Shown here: in pieces, positions 8,391 through 17,625 of the stretch
Position numbering within the stretch: position 1 is the stretch's first letter
Layout: each line of letters opens with the position of its first letter
NCBI GenBank assembly: GCA_964442455.1
Contig: CAYTZB010000006.1
Coordinates: 9,532-73,531 of the forward strand
Direction of reading: 5' to 3'
Length of the DNA stretch: 64,000 nucleotides
Source: an uncultured Gammaproteobacteria bacterium
GTDB lineage: Bacteria; Patescibacteriota; Microgenomatia; UBA8517; JACQJR01
The notes under the pieces: model-generated
What the model was told of the DNA's origin: nothing
What the model saw: only the letters and a program-made list of their open reading frames with translations
The model's database searches: none
Position numbers and translations under genes: made by a program

Positions 8391-10912
8391 GGTTCCTCGG
8401 GTCTAGGGTTTCCGGTTTCGGTTTTTAGTTGTCGGTTTTCTGGTAAAGTTTCTGAGGGGCTTACACCTGGTACCTGATACCCTACTTGCGCAGGCAGGCC
8501 GACGCCTGATACCTGGGTTTGTGCCTGTTCTCTTGCTAAAACCTCTTCAGGTTTGGTTGTTACAAGTCCGTGTTCTTTATCTGAAGCGACGACTCGCATT
8601 GCGACATGGTGTGGCCCGGCAAAGAAAATTCCCTCCCCAATGTCTGAAGCAAGTATCAGTTGTTTTTCTCCTTCTGATAGGTGGAATACTTCGCCTACTC
8701 GGTCAAGCGCGCTCGGTGACTGTTTCATGAGGATACGAAGTGCTGCATTATTGACAATTGCGCGACCGATATCTTGAGAGAGAAAGTCTTCAACATCTTG
8801 AGTGATGGTTGAGAGTCCCAACCAATACTTTCTCGCGCGCTTGGCAATTGACCACAAAAAGAGGGCTGAGTCGGGGAAGCGCATGAGATGCCATGCCTCA
8901 TCCACTATAAGCAGTCGCTTTTTAATATCGCTCCTTATCCTTGTCCAAATAAAGTCAAGAACGATAAACATTGCAATGGGTCGGAGCGCTTCCTCTAAAT
9001 CACGAACTGAGAAAACAGTGAAGGGGCTTGTGATATCAACCGTGGTTGGTTGGTCAAATATACCCATAAAACTTCCCTTCACAAACTTCTCAATTCGGGC
9101 AGCAAGATTTGCGGCTTCCGGCTCTTCCATGCCAATGAATGCTTTATAAAGATCTTCCATAAGAGGAGGTTCTTTCGTGTGAGTTTCTGGGTCTGGGGTA
9201 ATGCCCTTTGCTTTATAGGTAAGTATCAGCGCTCGGTCTAATAGTGCTTCCTCGGTAGGAGCGAGCGCGCCCATAATGACCTTAAAGAGAGAGTGGAGTG
9301 AAAGCAGTTTGAGTGCCAGTTGATTTTCTCCAGGAGTTTGTACTGTTTGTGCCCCGAGCGCACTCATATCAAAGGGATTAATTTTACTTGGTGAACCAAA
9401 AGAGAAAGAAATAAACTGTCCGCCAACTGCGCCGCAGAGTGCTTTGTATTCGCTTTCTGGGTCAATAATAATAATTTCCGCTCCCAACATTAAGTAGCGC
9501 AGTGCTTCCAATTTAATAAAGTAGGATTTCCCACTCCCTGAAGTGCCAAAAATTGTAGCGTTGGGGTTCTCAAGCTTGAACCTGTCGAAGATAATGAGCG
9601 AGCCGTTATCCTCGTTAATACCATACATCACTCCTTCTTCTTGGGAAAGTTCTGCGGAGGTGAAGGGAAAGGTGGTGGCAAGAGAGCTTGTATCCATATT
9701 GCGGGTAATAGTAAGGGGATCAAACCCCAAGGGTAAGGTTGCAACGAGTCCGTCTTCTTGAGAAAGGCTTGCGGTCCTGACAGTGATAAGAAGAGCCCCA
9801 AGTGTTGATTGGACTTGTTTGGTAACGTTTTCGAGTTCTTCCAACGACGAGGCGGGAATGGTGATATAGAAGGCGAACTGAAAAAAACGTTCGGCGCCTT
9901 TCACTAATTGCTCCTGAAGTGAAAGTGCGTCTTCAAGTTTTGCTTGCGTGGAAGGATTTACGACGCGACCTCGTTGAACATCGGTTGAGATTTCCGCTTC
10001 CATCTCCGCAATTTTGCGCCGCAGGTCATCTAACACCGATTTCCCCTCAACAGGATAGATAAAGAGGGAAAGTGTTAGGGTATGGTCGAAATTGATAATG
10101 GGGTCAAGCCACCCCGCTGAGACAAAGCGGGGGTAACCGGAAACAAACAGTGTCCGATATAAGGTTCCATCTACAGTGAGGTGAGAGAAGTCGACCTCCA
10201 TTTGCGCAGGTGCGATAATGTCAATGACGCGTTCTCCCGCCGGAACGAGTGTTTCTACCTCGGATAACGTGGTTACTTTATATCTCGAAAGGAGTTTGTC
10301 TCGCTCGGCAGGATTATAAAGTTCAAGAAAAAGATCAATGAGTTCGTTGGTCGTCAATTGCTTAAGCTTTAAACCCAACCGTCCTGCTTGTCGAAGTATG
10401 TGGTCCCGTTTAGGATAGAGTGTTGTTTTCGCTTTTTTTATGATGTACGAGCGTGAATAGGGAAGTTGCTTTGACTTGCGTATGATGCCGCTCACCGCCT
10501 GTTTTACTCCTAACTCAAGCGACGAGAAGGGAATGACAATAAAGAATCGTTTGGACAGCACTCCCTTTTTTTTCACTGTTGAGGTGACAAATGCCTCATA
10601 TTCTTGCATCATCGCCAATATTCGAGGGTTTGTTTGCCGCGTGCGCGCTTCTTCTAGAAATGCAAGATAGCGCCCTATATCCTTTTTCTCGGAGCGCACC
10701 AGAATTTGTGCAGAAAATGAGAGAGAGTTTAGGAAAGCCGCGTACGCAAAGAGAATTGCTTCCTGCTCGCGTTCTGAAAGTAGAGAGAAGTTAAGCGAGG
10801 AGGACGCGAGAACGAGTGCCGCACCGCCATTTTTGAGAAGCACAATATCCTCAACAATGTCAGCAATAGGGAGGTGGTCTTGGGTTGTGGCAGTAATAGG
10901 TTGTATTTGCAT
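8387..10912 (-). CDS. virB4: Type IV secretion ATPase VirB4/TrbE/TraC family
   Basis: 841 aa. Walker A GTSGSGKSYF, Walker B LLIVDEAW. Size and domain order are typical of VirB4. Confidence 0.85.
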   Translation of the reverse strand: MQIQPITATTQDHLPIADIVEDIVLLKNGGAALVLASSSLNFSLLSEREQEAILFAYAAFLNSLSFSAQILVRSEKKDIGRYLAFLEEARTRQTNPRILAMMQEYEAFVTSTVKKKGVLSKRFFIVIPFSSLELGVKQAVSGIIRKSKQLPYSRSYIIKKAKTTLYPKRDHILRQAGRLGLKLKQLTTNELIDLFLELYNPAERDKLLSRYKVTTLSEVETLVPAGERVIDIIAPAQMEVDFSHLTVDGTLYRTLFVSGYPRFVSAGWLDPIINFDHTLTLSLFIYPVEGKSVLDDLRRKIAEMEAEISTDVQRGRVVNPSTQAKLEDALSLQEQLVKGAERFFQFAFYITIPASSLEELENVTKQVQSTLGALLITVRTASLSQEDGLVATLPLGFDPLTITRNMDTSSLATTFPFTSAELSQEEGVMYGINEDNGSLIIFDRFKLENPNATIFGTSGSGKSYFIKLEALRYLMLGAEIIIIDPESEYKALCGAVGGQFISFSFGSPSKINPFDMSALGAQTVQTPGENQLALKLLSLHSLFKVIMGALAPTEEALLDRALILTYKAKGITPDPETHTKEPPLMEDLYKAFIGMEEPEAANLAARIEKFVKGSFMGIFDQPTTVDITSPFTVFSVRDLEEALRPIAMFIVLDFIWTRIRSDIKKRLLIVDEAWHLMRFPDSALFLWSIAKRARKYWLGLSTITQDVEDFLSQDIGRAIVNNAALRILMKQSPSALDRVGEVFHLSEGEKQLILASDIGEGIFFAGPHHVAMRVVASDKEHGLVTTKPEEVLAREQAQTQVSGVGLPAQVGYQVPGVSPSETLPENRQLKTETGNPRPEEP

Positions 10913-10925
10913 ACTATCTGCTGTG

Positions 10926-12002
10926 CTATTGACTGGTCTCTACTGTCGGCTGAGTTCCTACTATACCCTGTAAACTGCCGACCGTTGACCCAGCGGCGCC
11001 TTTTGCCCTAATTTCAATTGGTGGGACAATTTCATTTTTTGCCATAAATTGGATAGGCTCAAATATTAATCCCTCCTTATCGGTAATAATCTCATACGTG
11101 CCCATGGGTAGGGGAGTTGCGGTTAAGAAATGACCAACTTTATTAGTGCGCAGTGCCCGCACCGGTCTTCCTTCACTATCTTTAATCTCGAGAATTGCTG
11201 CCTCAACCGTATTTCCCTCTGTATCAAGTACTTGTCCTACTACTACATTGGGGATTCTTGGCGCAGCAGGCGGTGCTGCTGAAATCTCAAATCGTGGTGC
11301 GTTTAAACGAGGGCGACCAGGACCTCTTTTCTGAGCGAAGATGGGGGTAACAGGGGTGGCAGGAGCGGGTGTAACCCCGGTAGTTGGAGGAGGCGTGGGG
11401 TAAAACAGTTGTGTAGGTGTTACCTGAGGGATGAGTTGGGGAGGTATCTCTTGCTCCACAATAATGCGCGGCCGCGCATTTGGTTGGGGTGTGGTTGGTT
11501 GTGCGCTCGGTTGCCCAGCTGTCTTTGTTAAATGAAAGAGAGAAAGCATCTTTTGAAAAAACGAGCGCTCTTCTTGTTCAAAAATTATTACTGCTTGCTC
11601 TTCCCCCTGGGCGGCACGAGCAAGGTACGCTTCTGCTGCTCCCTCTCCCTGCGGGGTGGCAGCGACCTCCGCTGCTCCCATTGGCGTTCCTTCTGGTGCA
11701 AAGAATTCCCGTGTCTTCCCCTGCTGCCATACGTACTTTGTCGGCGAATAAATAGCATGCAGAAATGCGAGAAACCACATAGAGAGCGGTCGTTCTTCAA
11801 TGGGAAGAAAGGCAAGTGCGACGCCCGCAAGCCCTGAAAACAGAATAAATGGCCACTTGATAATTCCAGGAAGCGGTGAAGCATAGAACAACAGTCCCAC
11901 GAGTGCTCCACCTGCAACCTGAAAGAACTGCCGCAACGTCATATCCCCTACGAGGTGGAATTCGTAGCTGGCGATATTTTGTGGCACGGGATGCTGTTGC
12001 AT
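10926..12002 (-). CDS. VirB3/PrgI-like two-TM N-terminus fused to a Pro-rich linker and C-terminal prealbumin/carboxypeptidase-regulatory-like beta-sandwich
   Basis: N-terminal roughly 100 aa with two hydrophobic helices, directly upstream of virB4 (VirB3 position). Pro-rich PTTPQPNARP...PPTTGVTPAPATP linker. C-terminal TDKEG..PMGTYEI resembles CarboxypepD_reg folds. Confidence 0.4.
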   Translation of the reverse strand: MQQHPVPQNIASYEFHLVGDMTLRQFFQVAGGALVGLLFYASPLPGIIKWPFILFSGLAGVALAFLPIEERPLSMWFLAFLHAIYSPTKYVWQQGKTREFFAPEGTPMGAAEVAATPQGEGAAEAYLARAAQGEEQAVIIFEQEERSFFQKMLSLFHLTKTAGQPSAQPTTPQPNARPRIIVEQEIPPQLIPQVTPTQLFYPTPPPTTGVTPAPATPVTPIFAQKRGPGRPRLNAPRFEISAAPPAAPRIPNVVVGQVLDTEGNTVEAAILEIKDSEGRPVRALRTNKVGHFLTATPLPMGTYEIITDKEGLIFEPIQFMAKNEIVPPIEIRAKGAAGSTVGSLQGIVGTQPTVETSQ

Positions 12003-12161
12003 AAATTTAAAATTTCTAATTTCTAATTATTCTAATTTCTAAAGAAGTCCCAATTTGTTAATTTCTTAAAATCTTAAAAGGATCCCTAAGAGTTTAGTTG
12101 TATTATTTAGGTCAATTAGAGCAATTAGGTTAATTAGGTCAATTTATTTATAACTTATCAT

Positions 12162-12785
12162 ATGAAACACAAGTTGCAAACCTGTCCTGCCATAGCCTTG
12201 GTAAAGGTGGGTTTTATATGGTTTCACACTATGCGGGCTGCATTATACAATAAAAGGGTGGTAGAGTCATTCCTTATACTTGCTCTTATGCTCCTTGCCC
12301 TCTTTTTTCTCCTTCCTTACCTTCGGAGTGGAGCAAAGTTTGGCGCACCGTTTGTACCGATGGAGCGGGAGGTGGTTAGTCGAGTGATGAAGTTGGCAGA
12401 AGTTGGTCCGGGAAAGACATTTTATGATTTAGGGTCAGGAGACGGGAGGCTGGTCATTGCGGCAGCGTTGCGTGGTGCGCGCGCAATTGGTGTTGAAATA
12501 GACGGGATCCGAGTTTTATATTCTCGGTTTTGGTTGAAAATTTTAGGACTACACAGCGCCAAAATTGTCAAAGGGAATTTGTTTGAGCAAGATTTGCAAG
12601 ATGCCGATATTGTAAGTTTGTACTTACTTGAAGGGACAAATGAGAAGTTAAAACCAAAGTTAGAGAAAGAATTAAAGCCTGGGGCACTTGTTGTTGCGAC
12701 AGGATTTAAAATCCCTGGTTGGAAGCCAATTAAGGTGGATCCCCGCGGACCGGTATATGGACCTATCTATCTATATAGAAGATAA
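12162..12785 (+). CDS. Class I SAM-dependent methyltransferase with N-terminal membrane anchor
   Basis: Motif I DLGSGDGRL, motif post-I IGVEID, and a hydrophobic N-terminal helix. Confidence 0.6.
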   Translation: MKHKLQTCPAIALVKVGFIWFHTMRAALYNKRVVESFLILALMLLALFFLLPYLRSGAKFGAPFVPMEREVVSRVMKLAEVGPGKTFYDLGSGDGRLVIAAALRGARAIGVEIDGIRVLYSRFWLKILGLHSAKIVKGNLFEQDLQDADIVSLYLLEGTNEKLKPKLEKELKPGALVVATGFKIPGWKPIKVDPRGPVYGPIYLYRR

Positions 12786-12908
12786 TTTTCAATTCTTAAT
12801 TTACGATTTTCAATCAAATTACAATGAGCCGATTTCCAAACAGATACGATTTAGAAGAGCGTACAGTAATTTTTCAAAAGATATCATCTCCTGGCTCAGA
12901 ACCGGAAA

Positions 12909-13670
12909 TTAACCCCTGACTAAAAGCTGGTTCCAAAAACTGGGTCTTTGGGGCACAGATGGAGAAGGTGGCAAAACCGGAGTTTCTTCTCCGCGGGCAA
13001 TTCTATCCCTTACCGCCTCTGCCTCCGGAACCCATTCGCTAAAAGGCCACCCTTCATTAAAACAATGATAATGCGAATCTAGGTAGGATGAGCTAATTAC
13101 TCTTTTTAAAACATCTGGATTCGTATACTCACTTTCAAAGAGGATGACAGGGTTAACCCGGGATTCAAGAGGGTTAGGGACAATTATTAATTTTTCTTCA
13201 TTATTTCCAACTATCTCTATTTGGTTGAATTCATATCCAGCTGGGAAACTAGGCCAGTCAACAGCGACCCGGCTAGAACCTTCGACACCTGGGCTGTAAT
13301 GAATTTTCCAGACAAGCGCTACACTTGCAACAACCATTTCTTTCTTGCCTAGAAATTGTTGACTATAAATATGACTTATGTATTGTCTAACAATGGTCCT
13401 GGCACTATAGAAATTACTCTCGCTAAGACTGGTGGTATTCGGAAAGGCATATTTAACGGTTGGTTTTCTCCAAAGCACATGAGCCCCTTCTAGCTGTTGT
13501 TCATCTATTATACTTTGTAGATATTCAGGGATTTTTAGTTCCTCAAGTAAGTGTCTATTTTCTTGCGCTTCCCTAGCCATTTTTTCTTGCTCGAGACGTT
13601 GGGCTTCTTCTGCTTTCAATCTTGCTGCTTCAGCCTCCTGTTCTCGTCTTTCTTTTTCTCTTTGAATCAT
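12909..13670 (-). CDS. Hypothetical protein with highly charged coiled-coil N-terminus
   Basis: 253-aa ORF. N-terminal EKERREQEAEAARLKAEEAQRLEQEKMAREAQE. No recognisable catalytic motif. Confidence 0.45.
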   Translation of the reverse strand: MIQREKERREQEAEAARLKAEEAQRLEQEKMAREAQENRHLLEELKIPEYLQSIIDEQQLEGAHVLWRKPTVKYAFPNTTSLSESNFYSARTIVRQYISHIYSQQFLGKKEMVVASVALVWKIHYSPGVEGSSRVAVDWPSFPAGYEFNQIEIVGNNEEKLIIVPNPLESRVNPVILFESEYTNPDVLKRVISSSYLDSHYHCFNEGWPFSEWVPEAEAVRDRIARGEETPVLPPSPSVPQRPSFWNQLLVRG

Positions 13671-13745
13671 ACGACCCAGATTTTACTCGCTTATAATTTT
13701 TAAGTCAAATTTTTGTAAGAAAAATGGTATAATGAGACAAATTAT

Positions 13746-16151
13746 ATGTCCGAGCCTGCCCAACCAGAAAATCCTATGAGTAACCCAGAAAGACCATTGG
13801 AGGGTGTTACTCCTCATGAGCAAGCAGTAGTTAAGCGTGCTGAAGAGGAAGCGCGCTCTTCTTCTGTTGAGGCAGTACGCCAAGCGGGTTATGTTGCCCC
13901 ACAAGTTTCTTCGCAAGAACAAACGGTAAGTACTCTTACCGGTCAAATTCCCGAAACAGCAAAAGTGATAAAAGAGGTAAAAGCGCAACTCGTAGGCGAT
14001 TTGTTAGACAGAGAACCAATAGGTGTATATCAAGAATTAGGAATAAGAACCGAAGGTGCTGCTATTCAGGAAATGGTTCCTCCTCAAGAAAGATTGCGGA
14101 TGGAGAGAGAGCGACAGGTTAAATACACGGAAGGTTCTTGGATTGCAGAAATGGTTAGAACTTCTGAAGACCCAGACACTATTCGTGCATTTACTAGAAA
14201 GTTTATGGCAGAGGTTGAACAATCATTGACAACTTCAAATCCCGGAATACATCGTTTAGAACAAGTCCGTAATTATCTTATTGATCGTGCTGATATGTTT
14301 AGAGCGGCTTTGAATCCGCAGGAATCTTGGGCTAAAGATATTAATCGGGTTACTGGTTTACTTGAGAAGATGGTTGAGAGAAGAGTGACGGTGACTAAAG
14401 CTCAAGAAGTTGCGGGAGGATTGGTGGAAGTAGAGTTAAACGAAGAAGAAAGAGATAGATTGGAATTGATCGTTCAAAAATTATTGGGGATGCGAAAATT
14501 AGGAATAGTTCCTCCAAAGAGAGAAGGTAAAACAAAGTATATAGCAGTTTTAGATCAACAAGCAGTATTAAAGCTTAGAAGAGATGATGAGGGTAGGGGG
14601 TTATTAGTGAGAGAAGAAGTAATACCAGCGACACTTACAAGAGGAAAACTTGAACGGCTTGTAATGGTCTTTGAGGAGATGAGAACAGAGCTATTGACAA
14701 GAGAACGCATCTTTGTCGCACGTTATCTTCGTAGAGTTCGAGAGGGTTTGTTGGATCAACTCACGAAGTTATTTGAAAGGCCAGAGTATGCTTGGCTTAA
14801 AACTGAAGACTTTAGGGCTATTTTTGAAGCAGGCCCACTTAAAGAAGGAGAAAGACCGTTCGGAGAAAAAATTGATATGGCAATGAGATTGTATACTCTT
14901 ATCGGAATTGGTGGAGGTCCAGAAAGAGATGAAGCTCAAAGAAAAACTGCTGCCGAGCAGAGAATTCAAATAGAGGCTACGAAACCATGGCTAAGAAAGT
15001 GGCTTGAACAAAATATTGGAGATACACAAAAACAGGCCCAGTTTTTAGGCAAATTAGCTGAATATGCCGCAAGAAATATTTTCTGCGATTCCCCTCCATA
15101 TGAGGAAGATACAGGTCGGGAGGAATGGATAAAGGAAGTAAGGGAATGGGTTGTTAGTGTAATTAATGGAGATAAAGGTGATAGAGAAGACACAAAGGCA
15201 GCAGAGGATTTAGGATGGGGTATTTTCTATATGTTTGGTTTTGCATCATATTTTGATAATAGAAGAGAAGGAGAAACGCCAAATGGATGGCCATCTTCGG
15301 ATGATACCATGAAGTTAATGCATCCAGAGGCTTATCGTGAACGGGAAAAAGGGGAAGGGCAATCACATAATTATGGACCACACGCAACTTTTGGTAAGTA
15401 TGATGAAATGGCAAGAGAGCATGGTGCCTTGAATGGTAAATTTATGATTATGGTTCCATTTCTTCATTGGGCATTGCCAACAAGAGATACTAGACTTGTT
15501 AGTCCAGATAACCCAAAGGGGGATATTAAAGTTAAGGACATGAAGACGTTTTGGGAGAGATGGTGGAATGATGGTACGGAAATGAAAGATTTACCATGGA
15601 GAACTATTCGAGAATATTCATGGTTTTATTACAATCTTGCTCTTTACTTTGCAGGAGGATACGGGAGAGAAGAAGAAGACAGGAGCCTTTGGGGATTGAT
15701 TAATAGAGACTTTTGGGAAAGAAGTAAGTTAATCAATATTCATACTTTGCAGGATATTAACAGAACTGTTGAGTATGCAGTTGGCGGTTGGTCATTGCAT
15801 CAGGGAGAGATTCAAAAATGGCTTCAATCACTTCCAGGTAATAAGAGGCGAGGAGTTGAAAATTTATCAGCACGTCAATTTACAGAACAATTTGTTGAAC
15901 CAGTTCGAAAAAGAATCCGCGAGCTCATATTAGTCGGAGCACTGACAAGTGCGTATCATGGTGGAGGAAGATGGGCGTGGACTGAGTGGGGAGAGTGGCC
16001 AATGGGAGGGGCGAGTTTAGAGGCGGGTGTGAAGGCAAGCGACGTTCGTAAGGAAATTCGAAGGATTCTTGAAGAAGCTGGTTTTAGTAAAGAGTGGGAT
16101 ACGGTGAAGAAGGAAACTGAGGCGTTTCTAAAATCCCGAAGGGTATTATAA
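13746..16151 (+). CDS. Large orphan soluble protein (801 aa), Trp-rich C-terminal half, no TM or signal peptide
   Basis: Long intact ORF inside the T4SS-like locus. No motif I could assign. Divergent from the 12909-13670 gene. Confidence 0.5.
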   Translation: MSEPAQPENPMSNPERPLEGVTPHEQAVVKRAEEEARSSSVEAVRQAGYVAPQVSSQEQTVSTLTGQIPETAKVIKEVKAQLVGDLLDREPIGVYQELGIRTEGAAIQEMVPPQERLRMERERQVKYTEGSWIAEMVRTSEDPDTIRAFTRKFMAEVEQSLTTSNPGIHRLEQVRNYLIDRADMFRAALNPQESWAKDINRVTGLLEKMVERRVTVTKAQEVAGGLVEVELNEEERDRLELIVQKLLGMRKLGIVPPKREGKTKYIAVLDQQAVLKLRRDDEGRGLLVREEVIPATLTRGKLERLVMVFEEMRTELLTRERIFVARYLRRVREGLLDQLTKLFERPEYAWLKTEDFRAIFEAGPLKEGERPFGEKIDMAMRLYTLIGIGGGPERDEAQRKTAAEQRIQIEATKPWLRKWLEQNIGDTQKQAQFLGKLAEYAARNIFCDSPPYEEDTGREEWIKEVREWVVSVINGDKGDREDTKAAEDLGWGIFYMFGFASYFDNRREGETPNGWPSSDDTMKLMHPEAYREREKGEGQSHNYGPHATFGKYDEMAREHGALNGKFMIMVPFLHWALPTRDTRLVSPDNPKGDIKVKDMKTFWERWWNDGTEMKDLPWRTIREYSWFYYNLALYFAGGYGREEEDRSLWGLINRDFWERSKLINIHTLQDINRTVEYAVGGWSLHQGEIQKWLQSLPGNKRRGVENLSARQFTEQFVEPVRKRIRELILVGALTSAYHGGGRWAWTEWGEWPMGGASLEAGVKASDVRKEIRRILEEAGFSKEWDTVKKETEAFLKSRRVL

Positions 16152-16168
16152 CTTACTCCCTTAATAGC

Positions 16169-17590
16169 TTATCCTCCTGCACCTGCCTGTCGAGCTCTCT
16201 GTACCAATTGCGCGAGATTGCCTAATGCTTGCTGTAACTGTGCTTGAACTTGGGGCAGTTGCAAAGGTACTCCCGCTCTTACTCCTAAGATTTGGTTTAT
16301 GAAATCTGGAATAGAAGGTAAAAGCATGACTGCACCTAATGCGATCATCCCTTTTATAATGTCGGCACCGCCCCCAATGTAAGGAGGTGCCCAAAGTGTT
16401 CCGCTTGCTTGGTCCACAAGCGTTATTAGTAAGTAAGTCAACCAAATAACAGTTCCTACAACAGGAAAAACCAAAAGATTCGCTGTTAACCCCCTTAACC
16501 ATCCACTCCAAATTCCCCCTCCACCAACGATGCCCCAAAGGATAAAAAGCGGTGCTAAAATTAAATGGAGTAAAAGGAGAAGATATGCTCTCGCGAGAGC
16601 AAAAAGCACACGAAAGAAGAAAAATATAATTGCGAGAATAAGACCAAGTAGGATTGGAAGTAAGCCAACTGCAACGCCTCCCAACGCTGCTCCTGGAACG
16701 ATGGCTATTAAAAGAGCTATGGCCCCCCCAATTATTCCACCTGTTGCAGCTGACAACACGGGTGCTGCTCCTGCTGCACCTTTAAGCAAATCCCATCCAC
16801 CAGTAAGCCCTTTACTAAATATAAATCCCGCTGTTTGACCAAATCCTGCTGTTGAGTATTCCTGATACCGAGCAACCGGGTCGTAGATACCTTGCAGGCC
16901 AAGTGAAGTAAGTCCAAACACTAATATTCCAAACCCCACATAGATGATGTCAATAAGAAAGCCAACGATTGCATAGGAAAAGGTTATTAGTATCAATGCT
17001 ATAATAATTCGTGGAAGTGCCGATTGAACCGTAATGACTGCTTGGGGCGAGATTCTGGTACGAAGCATGATAGCGAATCCAAATCCAATTGCTGCAAGGA
17101 CGAAGAGTAGGTAGGCTAAGTTTCTTACTGCCCGCCATGCCCGCAAGAATGGTTCAATCGCCCCAAATCCAAACCCTGCCTGTTGCGCATAGGCAGGTTT
17201 CACAATGTGAAGTCGCCCCCCAATATCAGCAAGATAGTTAAATCCTGAAGCCGGCGGATTGGTAATCATCCCCGCAATTGCAACACCCATTGTCGGAAGG
17301 GCACCTGTTGAAAAACTCGGGGGGCACGCTTCATAGTCAATTTTTCCATCACCATTGGTATCAATAACACAACCAAGTAACATTGTAGTTGCTCCTCCCA
17401 TTACTCCTGTCAAACTTTGAAAATCAAAACTTTCTTTATTATATTTATCTCCCGTGATGGCTTTTTGAAGGTCGCCTAAGGTTGGCGTAGGAGGCGTAGC
17501 ATAAGAGGGGGAAGTGGAAAAGAGAAAGAGAATTAAAAAAATGAGGGTTATAGAAAGTAAAACTTTCCAAATTTTGGGCAGGTTATACAT
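16169..17590 (-). CDS. VirB6/TrbL-like polytopic inner-membrane channel protein
   Basis: 473 aa. N-terminal signal/TM then an extracytoplasmic segment. At least 6 further TM helices rich in Gly/Ala/Ile. Sits between the lytic transglycosylase and the pilin genes. Confidence 0.55.
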   Translation of the reverse strand: MYNLPKIWKVLLSITLIFLILFLFSTSPSYATPPTPTLGDLQKAITGDKYNKESFDFQSLTGVMGGATTMLLGCVIDTNGDGKIDYEACPPSFSTGALPTMGVAIAGMITNPPASGFNYLADIGGRLHIVKPAYAQQAGFGFGAIEPFLRAWRAVRNLAYLLFVLAAIGFGFAIMLRTRISPQAVITVQSALPRIIIALILITFSYAIVGFLIDIIYVGFGILVFGLTSLGLQGIYDPVARYQEYSTAGFGQTAGFIFSKGLTGGWDLLKGAAGAAPVLSAATGGIIGGAIALLIAIVPGAALGGVAVGLLPILLGLILAIIFFFFRVLFALARAYLLLLLHLILAPLFILWGIVGGGGIWSGWLRGLTANLLVFPVVGTVIWLTYLLITLVDQASGTLWAPPYIGGGADIIKGMIALGAVMLLPSIPDFINQILGVRAGVPLQLPQVQAQLQQALGNLAQLVQRARQAGAGG

Positions 17591-17625
17591 AGATACTTAA
17601 GCTATAACTTATTTTATGAAATTTT

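Noticed and set aside
13683-13988. 101-aa minus-strand ORF
   Set aside because: Overlaps the 5' end and promoter of the strongly supported 801-aa plus-strand gene. Cys/Phe-rich junk composition.
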